From IMG/VR virus record IMGVR_UViG_3300042307_000844: DNA of 64,000 nucleotides. One strand, written 5' to 3'. Shown here one piece after another: positions 55,705-64,000 of the stretch; the first letter of the stretch is position 1; every line of letters begins with the position of its first letter. The notes beneath the pieces are model-generated. The model did no database searches and was not told the DNA's origin. It was given only the letters and a program-made list of their open reading frames with translations. The DNA comes from a virus. Taxonomy: Duplodnaviria; Caudoviricetes. The position numbers and the translations under genes are program-made.

Positions 55705-58700
55705 ATGAGATTGTTTAGCGAAAAGGTGTCTCCCACCTTAACTGACTCTCCTCTTAACATCATCAAAGTTCAAGATTTCTCGGAAATCTTTTTCGGTGTC
55801 TATGAGGTCGAGATAAACAAGAATAAATATCCAGTCGAAAAGATTTCCGAACACAACGGCGATCCGGTGGTGTCTATTCCAGTTGAGATGGGGGGTAAGA
55901 TAGCGAATTATCCCTTTGTTCTTACCAAAGGGAAATTTGAGGTTGTGTTCAATGAACACAGTGATTACGTTGATATTTTTGAATCCAAATTGGAGGATTT
56001 CTCCGAAGAGGAACCCGATGTAATAATTGAAAAAAATGAGATTTTTATTCCCGAAGTTATCGAAGATCGGAAAAATGAAATTCTTTTACAGATTCAAGAG
56101 GCAAAGAAAAATGCCCTGATTGCCGCCAAAAAGGAATTGGAAATCAGAAAATCCCGTCAAATCAAACAGATTCGGGAGGAATCAAATACCAAGAAAAAAG
56201 CACTTGAAAGCTATCTGGAGAGTGCGCGGGAAAATCTGGTTGATGAATTTACGATCATATCCCAACGAATCAAAAAAGAAGTTTTTGATAGTAATGATGA
56301 GAAATATTTGGAGATTCGGGAAACGATTGATAACAAGATTGAGGAGATACGCGATTCCCTTGATGAATCTCTGAAAAAAGACTTTAGTAAATCCTCCCAA
56401 CTGATTGACAAGTCCATCAAGCAATTGGTCAAGGATTTGTATGAAAATAATATCAATCCAAAAGTTGATAAAGAACTTCATGATATCGCGGTTGAAATTC
56501 ATGAAAAGGTTTCAGAGATTGATAATAATTTAAATTCCAAACTGAAAGAGAAAGCTGATCTTTCCTTACTTGAAGGAGTTGATAAAGAATTATCTGCGAT
56601 TCGGGATGCCAACATTGAACTCAACAATTCCCTGAACAAAGGTGTTCAAAAAGCCCTTTCCCGTGTGGGTAATGTTGATAAAAAAGTAATTCAAATTTCT
56701 GAAGAATTTGAAAGAAAACTGGATGAAAAGGAACAAGAAGTCGTAAGTTACTTTGATGAAAAGCTAGAATTGGTTAAGGAAGAAACCCTTGATATTACCG
56801 ACGAAGCTAGAAAATATTTTCAAAATCTAATTCAGGAAAGCAGAAATAATCTGCTTACGGAGATTCGTAAGATCAAAGCTGAAAAACCCGTTGAATACGT
56901 TTTGGAAACGAAGAAATCTGGTAAGGTTGTCAAGGATTGGGATTCGATTGAGAAGGAATGGAATACTAAAATTCATGATAAGATTGAGAATGTAAAGACC
57001 GATCTCCGTAAATATGTAGCTGTATATGCCTCTGGTGGGGGGACTAATGCCACCCAATACCAAGATGGGGGAACCATGAATGGTGACTTAACAGTGGTTG
57101 GAACCATCAGCGCATCACAATATCTTGGAATCCCTTATCCATCAGAGAATGATACATTAGATATTGTTACATCTAGGGGTAATATCACTAATAATTCAAT
57201 AAAGGTTAATAATCTTTCCGCCAATTCAGTCAATTTAACATCGGTAATAGAGGCATCAGCATTCATTACTAATGGCGGCACATCCTCGGAATTTGTAAAA
57301 GGAGATGGCTCTCTGGATAACACAAGCTATGTGAAGACAACGGATATGGCATCTACGCTTATCTTATATGCAACCAGTGCAGCTTCTGATATAGGCGGAT
57401 ATTCAAGATTAGTAACCTCAAATCTTGATCCAGATTATGACGATACGGCGGTCAATATTCCAACTGGGCCGATAACAGGAACGGATCAACTAATAGCATC
57501 ACTTATTCTTGATGCTGGTGTGATTGTGGGAGATGTTGGTATTTTTGCGACCACCACTATTGGTAATGTAAAAAAGGTTGCTGGTTCTGGTTCTGCTGGA
57601 GGATCGTTTCATTTTCATATCTACAAAAGGGATTCGGATGGAACCGAAGAATTTATAACTGCTAGCGATCCAACTAGCACTGTTACATCAGATTTTTATT
57701 CCGAATTTTCTAGTTCTGCCATTTTCAACAATGGTGTATTTGCCGATACTGATAGACTCGTTCTTAAATTTTATGGTTCCAAAGTCGGGGGTGGCAGTAG
57801 TGCTTCTTTTGAATTCCAATTCGGAGGAGAAACGCCTGTAAGAACTTTGCTTCCTGTTCCTGTAAGCGTCTTGCTTAGTGATTATGTACCATACACCGGA
57901 GCAACTGATAATGTTGATCTTGGATCGAGGTCATTGTCATCTTCAAAAGTATCTGTAAATGCAGGAACAGTAATCGAACCTTCTTATAACTTTACAAGTG
58001 ATGATAATAGTGGAATGTGGAGTCCTGCTTCCGATACGTTGGCGTGGTCAACCAATGGCGTGGAGAGGATGAGAATTAATGCTAATGGAAATGTCGGTAT
58101 AGGAATTACTTCGCCACGTTCAAAAATAGATATTGTTGGCAATTTGACACCTAACTCACATAGATTTAGTCAAAATTCGTTCGTTCTTGATGATACAGAA
58201 GGCTTGATGCAATTTATTGCCGCTGACTCTGCAAGTTATGCAGGTGGATTAGTATTCACATCTGCTCCGACATCAGGTAATAATAAACACTGGGGATTAT
58301 TTGCGGGTGGACCTAGTGTTTCAAATAATTTTTCAATAAGGTATGCAACTACGTCTAATAATACAACAGTAAATGTATTTAATGACACTGAACTATTCAC
58401 AATTCTTAAAACTGGAAATGTCGGTGTCGGGACAGCTACTCCAAATGAAAAATTAACTGTAGCTGGGAATACTTTTGTTACTGGCGGTTTGGGTATCGGC
58501 GCTACAAATACAGCAGCTGGAACTATACAACTTGGATCAAACGGTTCAAACGGCGCACCTTCTATTGGTTGGGAAACTACTGGGTTTTATAAAACAGCTG
58601 GTAATTCAGTTGTGTTCACAAGTTCTGGTGCAAATGCGACCACTTTTACCGCAGGTGGAGGTATTAGCACTTTAGGTAATGTTGCAGGTGGATCAGGGAC

Positions 58701-59727
58701 AGTAAATGCTCCTTCTCATACATTTACTGCGGAGTCAAGTTTAGGTATGTGGAGGGCTGGTACAAATATACTAGCTTTCTCTACGGCTAGTTCTGAGAGG
58801 ATGAGAATTGATGCTAATGGAAATGTCGGTGTCGGGACAACTACTCCAAATGAAAAATTAACAGTCTCGGGAAATATATCTGCCACCAATATATACTCCG
58901 GTAATATTGTATATAATACAGGTGATCAAAGTATTGCTGGCGATAAAACCTTCACAGATGACTTGATTTGTAATGGACAAATAACAGCACCAAACCAGAC
59001 ATCCTCAACGAGCGATTCGGTTATTACAAAAAGTCTAGGTGATCTCTTATATACCCAAGCATTTGGTGGTTGGTCTATTCATATAGATCAGAATACTGGA
59101 TGGACTCCTTCACTTTTAGGCAGTGGCACGGCAGCTGCGTTTGGCGGAAACATACTTGCTTGTAATACCTCCACAGTATCTGGAAACAGGGCAGCTATAT
59201 ATGCTGGTGGTTATGCGCCTTATACTTATTGTCCTCCGGGGGGGACACATGCCAATAATAGTAATAGTGGTGTATATTTTGATAGAAAATTGGTTTTTGG
59301 ATTCAGAATCACTCACAACTATGGCAGTAACCAAGGCATTGCCGCCAATGCGGAAGGTTATTTAAGGTTTGGGGGAAACCGTGGTGATACCACATTTGGT
59401 CCTCTTACCGAGGCGGGAATCGGTGTATTTATTTCCAATAGATTTTTATATGGAATGGTTCATAATGGAACATCTTTAAACCAAACAACACTTCCAATTT
59501 ATAATATGGCTGGATGGCCATATCCAGTTAATTACATTGAGATTTACAGCGATGGATTGGGAAATGTTTCATTTTTCAATAATAGAACTTTAATTCAGAC
59601 AATTTCAGGTGGACCTACAAGCAGAACCGGAACTGCAGGAACCGGAACATATTTCGGAGCAAGAACAAACGAGAACTTAAATCTATCATTATTTATCCCA
59701 CAGGGATTGACACTAACATACCTATGA
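55705..59727 (+). CDS. 1340-aa fibre protein: N-terminal coiled coil plus beta-rich tail-fibre repeats
   Basis: Late TAAATA (55693-98); ~440 aa charged helical region; 'SGGG...GGTMNGDLTV' switch; three 'GNVG.GT..P..KL.V.G' repeats. Confidence 0.75.
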   Translation: MRLFSEKVSPTLTDSPLNIIKVQDFSEIFFGVYEVEINKNKYPVEKISEHNGDPVVSIPVEMGGKIANYPFVLTKGKFEVVFNEHSDYVDIFESKLEDFSEEEPDVIIEKNEIFIPEVIEDRKNEILLQIQEAKKNALIAAKKELEIRKSRQIKQIREESNTKKKALESYLESARENLVDEFTIISQRIKKEVFDSNDEKYLEIRETIDNKIEEIRDSLDESLKKDFSKSSQLIDKSIKQLVKDLYENNINPKVDKELHDIAVEIHEKVSEIDNNLNSKLKEKADLSLLEGVDKELSAIRDANIELNNSLNKGVQKALSRVGNVDKKVIQISEEFERKLDEKEQEVVSYFDEKLELVKEETLDITDEARKYFQNLIQESRNNLLTEIRKIKAEKPVEYVLETKKSGKVVKDWDSIEKEWNTKIHDKIENVKTDLRKYVAVYASGGGTNATQYQDGGTMNGDLTVVGTISASQYLGIPYPSENDTLDIVTSRGNITNNSIKVNNLSANSVNLTSVIEASAFITNGGTSSEFVKGDGSLDNTSYVKTTDMASTLILYATSAASDIGGYSRLVTSNLDPDYDDTAVNIPTGPITGTDQLIASLILDAGVIVGDVGIFATTTIGNVKKVAGSGSAGGSFHFHIYKRDSDGTEEFITASDPTSTVTSDFYSEFSSSAIFNNGVFADTDRLVLKFYGSKVGGGSSASFEFQFGGETPVRTLLPVPVSVLLSDYVPYTGATDNVDLGSRSLSSSKVSVNAGTVIEPSYNFTSDDNSGMWSPASDTLAWSTNGVERMRINANGNVGIGITSPRSKIDIVGNLTPNSHRFSQNSFVLDDTEGLMQFIAADSASYAGGLVFTSAPTSGNNKHWGLFAGGPSVSNNFSIRYATTSNNTTVNVFNDTELFTILKTGNVGVGTATPNEKLTVAGNTFVTGGLGIGATNTAAGTIQLGSNGSNGAPSIGWETTGFYKTAGNSVVFTSSGANATTFTAGGGISTLGNVAGGSGTVNAPSHTFTAESSLGMWRAGTNILAFSTASSERMRIDANGNVGVGTTTPNEKLTVSGNISATNIYSGNIVYNTGDQSIAGDKTFTDDLICNGQITAPNQTSSTSDSVITKSLGDLLYTQAFGGWSIHIDQNTGWTPSLLGSGTAAAFGGNILACNTSTVSGNRAAIYAGGYAPYTYCPPGGTHANNSNSGVYFDRKLVFGFRITHNYGSNQGIAANAEGYLRFGGNRGDTTFGPLTEAGIGVFISNRFLYGMVHNGTSLNQTTLPIYNMAGWPYPVNYIEIYSDGLGNVSFFNNRTLIQTISGGPTSRTGTAGTGTYFGARTNENLNLSLFIPQGLTLTYL
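58063..58862 (+). repeat. Near-identical internal repeats in the fibre gene
   Basis: 58063-58098 vs 58795-58830 (35/36 identical); 58414-58457 vs 58819-58862 (43/44 identical). Confidence 0.85.
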
Positions 59728-60113
59728 TTACAAACAAAACACAAACACAAAAGGATATTGATCAGATTGAAAAACTAGCTGACAATACAATCAGAGCTTT
59801 AAAGGCGGCGGTTTCATCACTGAACAACTCTTTTGATTATTTTTGGAGTTTACCTAATGATAGACTCGAATCAGTTATAAATGAACTTTTAGTAAAAGGA
59901 GTTTTTGAAGATATATTCGAGAAACATTTCAAAACAGCTACAGCATTTAATAATATTCTTGCATCTAATGGAGTTATGGATATTAGATGCAAATCAGAAA
60001 TACCGAAGGTGATGACCTTCGATGTGGAAGGTGTAAAAATATCTGAAAAAACACATGAATCAGAAGCGATTATGGAACCTGTGATTGTAGAAGAATCTAT
60101 TCTCGAAGAATAA
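59724..60113 (+). CDS. Hypothetical protein coupled to the fibre gene
   Basis: ATGA overlap; possibly a fibre chaperone (inference only). Confidence 0.6.
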   Translation: MITNKTQTQKDIDQIEKLADNTIRALKAAVSSLNNSFDYFWSLPNDRLESVINELLVKGVFEDIFEKHFKTATAFNNILASNGVMDIRCKSEIPKVMTFDVEGVKISEKTHESEAIMEPVIVEESILEE

Positions 60114-60121
60114 ATAATCCT

Positions 60122-60586
60122 ATGGGTTCTTTGGGATTATCAAAACGGAATAATAAGTTTCATCAAGGTTTCTACGCACCCAAAAATCTAAATAAATATG
60201 TCGGCAATATTGATAATATTATATACCGATCCGGTTTGGAATTAAAGTTGTTTCGCTTTTGTGATAATAATCCCAATGTGGTGGAATGGAATAGTGAGGA
60301 CATTATTGTGCCTTATTTCGATACTCTTTTGAAAAAGAATCGTAAATATTTTATTGATGCCTATGTAAAGATACAGGAAGGGGATATTGTCAAGAAATAT
60401 TTGGTGGAAGTCAAGCCTTGGAAGCAGACGCAAGAGCCGAAAGCTGGGAAGGGTAAGAAGAAATCCAATCTGTTATATGAACAGGTTGCTTGGAAAAACA
60501 ATTGTGACAAGTGGGCTTTCGCAAAAGAATTCGCCAAGAAACATGGGATGGAATTCATTATTATTACGGAAAAAGAACTAAATTGA
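60122..60586 (+). CDS. gp4: Head completion protein (T4 gp4-like, TnsA-type nuclease fold)
   Basis: 'QGFYAPKN..KYVG', 'YRSGLE', 'WNSE', 'YFID', 'EVKP..QT'. Confidence 0.9.
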   Translation: MGSLGLSKRNNKFHQGFYAPKNLNKYVGNIDNIIYRSGLELKLFRFCDNNPNVVEWNSEDIIVPYFDTLLKKNRKYFIDAYVKIQEGDIVKKYLVEVKPWKQTQEPKAGKGKKKSNLLYEQVAWKNNCDKWAFAKEFAKKHGMEFIIITEKELN

Positions 60587-60601
60587 TATCAAAGTCCATT
60601 C

Positions 60602-62380
60602 ATGGGACTAAATAATACTATGGGTGGAAAGTATCATAGTAATAAAGATGTTATAGATCATTTCAAAAGAATACACTGTGATAAATACGATTATTCATTA
60701 GTTCATTATACTGGTAATCTAAATTTAGTCGATATCATATGTCAAAAACATGGAGTATTTAAGCAGTCTCCAAAAAAACATAAAATAGGTCATGGGTGTC
60801 ATAAGTGTAATACCCAAAGAAAGCGAACTGAAGAGGAGGCAATTGAAGAGTTCAAAATAAAACACGGTAATAAATACGATTATTCGGATTTGGAATATAA
60901 AAACGGTTCCAGTCTGATTAAAATAGGATGCCCAACTCATGGGTGGTTTTATCAAAAAGCCAGTGAACATAAAATCGGTTATGGGTGTGCTAAATGTGCC
61001 AATCACGAGAAAAGTCCCCCATATGAAGAATGGTTAAATTCGTGTGTTGAAAGACATAATAATTATTATGATTATTCTATTTCAAAATACGAAACATTGT
61101 CTAAATCAGTTAGAATAATTTGCCCAAAACATGGAATTTTCACACAAAAGGCGGGAACACATAGAAATGGTAGTGGTTGTAAAAAATGTGGGGATGATAG
61201 AAAAAGTTTGAAATATCAACAATTATTTACCACGGAATCTTATATAGAAAAGTTAGAAGAAAAACATGGTGATAAGTATGATTATAGTAAGGTTAATTAT
61301 ACCACTTTAAAAAATCCTGTCACTCTTACATGTCCCAAACATGGAGACTTTACAAGATTTCCCCAAAATTTATTAAAAGGTGGTGGATGTGACAAATGTT
61401 TAGATGAAATCAGAGTTAAAAAATCTCTAACAAAAGTTAAAAAACATTTTAAACATAATAATTTCGAGTTGGTAATAGATGAAAGCAAGTTCAAGGGATT
61501 CAATAATGAGATATTTTTAACATGTTCAAAGCATGGAGAATTTGTAAGATTTCTTGATATGAATATTTTTGTTTTAAATCATCCGTGTTTAAAATGTGGG
61601 ATGAAGATATCAAAATTGGAACAACGAGTGTCCGAAACGTTGGACGATCTTGGAATATCACACATCCAACACACTAGATATAAAGATGATAACGGTAAAA
61701 TATACGAAATTGATATATTAACCCCTGATTTGAGTATAGGGTTTGAGATTAACGGACTTAGATATCATGGAGAAGTTATGGGTAAGGATTCTGACTATCA
61801 TAGGTGGAAAACCGAAGAATGTTATAAACGAGGTATAAAATTGACACACATTTATGAAAATGAGATTATAGGATCAGACCACTTCAAACACAAAATTTTC
61901 AGAGAATTGGGATTGAGAACCCAAGCAAATGACTCGTGTGTATTTGAATATGTTGGAGATGATTCCATAAATGATTTTATAATCAATAATCACCCATTGG
62001 GGTTGATGAAAAATTGTATTAATATGGTTTGTTGTAATGATGGAGATATATATGGTTGTATATCGTTTAAAGATAACACTGTATTAAGAGTAGCCAATAA
62101 ACACGATGTTGATATGTCTAAAGTGTTTCAATCTATGATAAGACAGTATATGAATGATCATGAATTAAATACAATAGTAAGTAATGTGTTATTTGATTGG
62201 GATGATCTTACACTATTTGAAGAATCAGGATTTATCGTCAAAGATACCATCGAACCAGTTTGTTGGAAATTTATCAACGCGAAACATGATAAGATTTACA
62301 CCCACGATGAAGAATTATTGGCTGATAATGTTGATAAATTTTGGGATACTGGTGGATATTTGATGGAATTTTTGATTTAA
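60602..62380 (+). CDS. Homing-endonuclease-like protein: five CxxHG..CxxC repeats plus a PD-(D/E)xK/Vsr-like domain
   Basis: Repeats 'HGDKYDYS..Y...CPKHG.F......GC.KC', then 'SKLE...EIDI....GFEINGLRYH'. Confidence 0.75.
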   Translation: MGLNNTMGGKYHSNKDVIDHFKRIHCDKYDYSLVHYTGNLNLVDIICQKHGVFKQSPKKHKIGHGCHKCNTQRKRTEEEAIEEFKIKHGNKYDYSDLEYKNGSSLIKIGCPTHGWFYQKASEHKIGYGCAKCANHEKSPPYEEWLNSCVERHNNYYDYSISKYETLSKSVRIICPKHGIFTQKAGTHRNGSGCKKCGDDRKSLKYQQLFTTESYIEKLEEKHGDKYDYSKVNYTTLKNPVTLTCPKHGDFTRFPQNLLKGGGCDKCLDEIRVKKSLTKVKKHFKHNNFELVIDESKFKGFNNEIFLTCSKHGEFVRFLDMNIFVLNHPCLKCGMKISKLEQRVSETLDDLGISHIQHTRYKDDNGKIYEIDILTPDLSIGFEINGLRYHGEVMGKDSDYHRWKTEECYKRGIKLTHIYENEIIGSDHFKHKIFRELGLRTQANDSCVFEYVGDDSINDFIINNHPLGLMKNCINMVCCNDGDIYGCISFKDNTVLRVANKHDVDMSKVFQSMIRQYMNDHELNTIVSNVLFDWDDLTLFEESGFIVKDTIEPVCWKFINAKHDKIYTHDEELLADNVDKFWDTGGYLMEFLI

Positions 62381-62395
62381 AACATAAATAAGAAC

Positions 62396-63067
62396 ATGGC
62401 ATTAAAACTAAAGCTGATGTACAATGATCCCACCAACTTCGATGGATTGGAAATTGTCGAAGAACAGACTAATCGTGGAAGTGGTAGTAATCTATATGTG
62501 CAGGGGGTTTACCTTGGTTCGGAGATTAATAAGAACGGGAGAATCTATCCAGAGCATGAGCTTGATCGTGAAATTAATCGGTATCTGAATGAGATGGTTG
62601 TAACTAAACGATCACTTGGGGAATTAAATCATTCCAATACCAGTGAGGTAAATCCAGAGCGTGCATGTCACCTTGTTACTGAACTCAGGAAAGATGGTAA
62701 GGCATGGGTTGGGAAATCAAAGATTCTCTCTGGAGAAGGCATGATATGTGGAAATATTGTTCGCGGACTCATCAATAATGGAGTTTCCCTCGGTATGAGT
62801 ACTAGATCGCTTGGATCGTTGCGTGAAGCGTCTGGTCATAAGGTTGTGGAAAACATGCATTTGGTTGCAATCGACTGTGTTGCCGATCCATCATATCCAA
62901 CAGCTTTTGTTGACGGTATTCTTGAAAGTAAAAGTTGGACTATTACCGAAAACGGTGATTACGAACAAATCTACGAGGACTTTGGCAAAGCTCTAAAAAC
63001 ACTTCCAAAACACGATGTTGATAATTATCTTCGCGCACAGATCATAAAGTTTATCCAACAAATCTAA
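62396..63067 (+). CDS. gp21: Prohead protease (T4 gp21-like)
   Basis: 'NKNGRIYP', 'SLGELNH', 'GMSTRSLGS', and 'DCVADPS'. Confidence 0.95.
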   Translation: MALKLKLMYNDPTNFDGLEIVEEQTNRGSGSNLYVQGVYLGSEINKNGRIYPEHELDREINRYLNEMVVTKRSLGELNHSNTSEVNPERACHLVTELRKDGKAWVGKSKILSGEGMICGNIVRGLINNGVSLGMSTRSLGSLREASGHKVVENMHLVAIDCVADPSYPTAFVDGILESKSWTITENGDYEQIYEDFGKALKTLPKHDVDNYLRAQIIKFIQQI

Positions 63068-63075
63068 ATAATACT

Positions 63076-63612
63076 ATGGGCAAAACATATAAAGATTTGA
63101 AGAAACAGGGCAAGCACGTTTTCGATGGACCGGAAGTGAAACAGCGCAAGAATTTTGCCCCCGCAACCAAAACGGAAAAGCCGAAGAAGGGCAAAGGATC
63201 GTATAATCGCGGGAACGCTTTTGATGAGGATGAGGAATCCGGTGATGATAAGAGAACCAAACGTATTAAACAGGCTGAATCCATGGGTTACAAGAAATTA
63301 CCACAACATGATGCGGTTTGGACACATAAAGGTATGAAAATTTATGGAGTTAATAATCTCCCACCATTGAAAGATGAAAAAAATGATGAGGATGAGGAAA
63401 AAGCCTGTTGGAAAGGTTACGAAAAGAAAGGCACCAAGAAAAAGGGTGGAAAGACTGTCAACAATTGTGTGAAGGAATCAACCGATCTCTCCAAATTCAT
63501 TGAGGCTATCATGACCAATGATCATGCCCAAGCTCATAAACAACTCAAGGATGCTGTGAATTTCAAAATCCAACAGAGAATTGCTCAAGAAATCGACAAT
63601 CCTTTGTTCTGA
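63076..63612 (+). CDS. Hypothetical late protein between gp21 and gp22
   Basis: TAAATA (63065-70); contains a 'CWKGY...GGKTVNNCV' motif. Confidence 0.7.
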   Translation: MGKTYKDLKKQGKHVFDGPEVKQRKNFAPATKTEKPKKGKGSYNRGNAFDEDEESGDDKRTKRIKQAESMGYKKLPQHDAVWTHKGMKIYGVNNLPPLKDEKNDEDEEKACWKGYEKKGTKKKGGKTVNNCVKESTDLSKFIEAIMTNDHAQAHKQLKDAVNFKIQQRIAQEIDNPLF

Positions 63613-63649
63613 TTTTCAAAAAATTCATACCCGATCTCTAAATAATAAT

Positions 63650-64000
63650 ATGAAGAAAAAAAGCACGAACCTTTTCTCGGAAGACATCCAAAAAAGTCTG
63701 GGACTCAGCGATGAATCCATCAAGGCAATTCAGGAATCCCTTGAATCCAAGATTGATCTGGCCGTTGAAGCTGCCCTTTTGGAACAGGATGAAGTATATG
63801 CCTCCAAACTCAAGACCCTGATGACATCCGTTGATAAGGATCGCACGGTCAAGATGAAAAAGATCATGGAAGCTTTTGATAGAGATAAGACCGCAAAGCT
63901 GGTCAAGGTTATCAAAAAGTATGAGCGCGAACAGAACGGCGATCTTCTCAAGTTCAAAAAACAACTTACGGAATCCGTTAGTGCTTTCCTTGACGAGTTC
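63650..64000 (+). CDS. gp22: Prohead scaffold protein (T4 gp22-like), 3'-truncated
   Basis: Not in the ORF track (no stop within the window). MKKKSTNLFSEDIQKSLGLSDESIKAIQESLESKI...; late TAAATA (63639-44); coiled coil downstream of gp21. Confidence 0.75.
   Translation, partial: MKKKSTNLFSEDIQKSLGLSDESIKAIQESLESKIDLAVEAALLEQDEVYASKLKTLMTSVDKDRTVKMKKIMEAFDRDKTAKLVKVIKKYEREQNGDLLKFKKQLTESVSAFLDEF

Noticed and set aside
1-64000. Stop-codon recoding (alternative genetic code)
   Set aside because: Core genes are full length in the standard code, and TAA, TAG and TGA all end genes at sensible positions.

Overview
A 64-kb segment of a large T4-like myophage genome (host not determinable from sequence), read in the standard genetic code. 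Layout: tail/fibre-type genes and a GT2 at the left edge; a long leftward replication/recombination block (gp61, gp45, gp32, gp41, uvsX, gp43, gp46, gp47, gp55, uvsW, uvsY) interleaved with many small ORFs; a rightward block of late small proteins, phoH and a ~8-kb glycosylation/sugar island; then a 1340-aa fibre, gp4, a homing-endonuclease-like gene, gp21 and the start of gp22. Main observations: (1) a catalytically intact TnpB under a phage late promoter, whose predicted guide derives from a disrupted gene while the phage keeps a recoded intact paralogue next door, suggesting RNA-guided homing or phage-phage competition; (2) gp46 (Rad50-like) split exactly at the zinc hook by a 306-bp ORF cassette bounded by TGAT repeats, whose removal restores the frame; (3) tandem promoter plus GGGNGGNGGGNGGG units upstream of uvsY, a candidate R-loop origin; (4) a kinase, a GNAT-like protein and an aspartic-type protease carrying T4-like capsid-targeting N-termini; (5) apparently leaderless promoter architecture and a four-copy 19-bp promoter element. 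Family assignments come from motif recognition by eye; no database searches were run.
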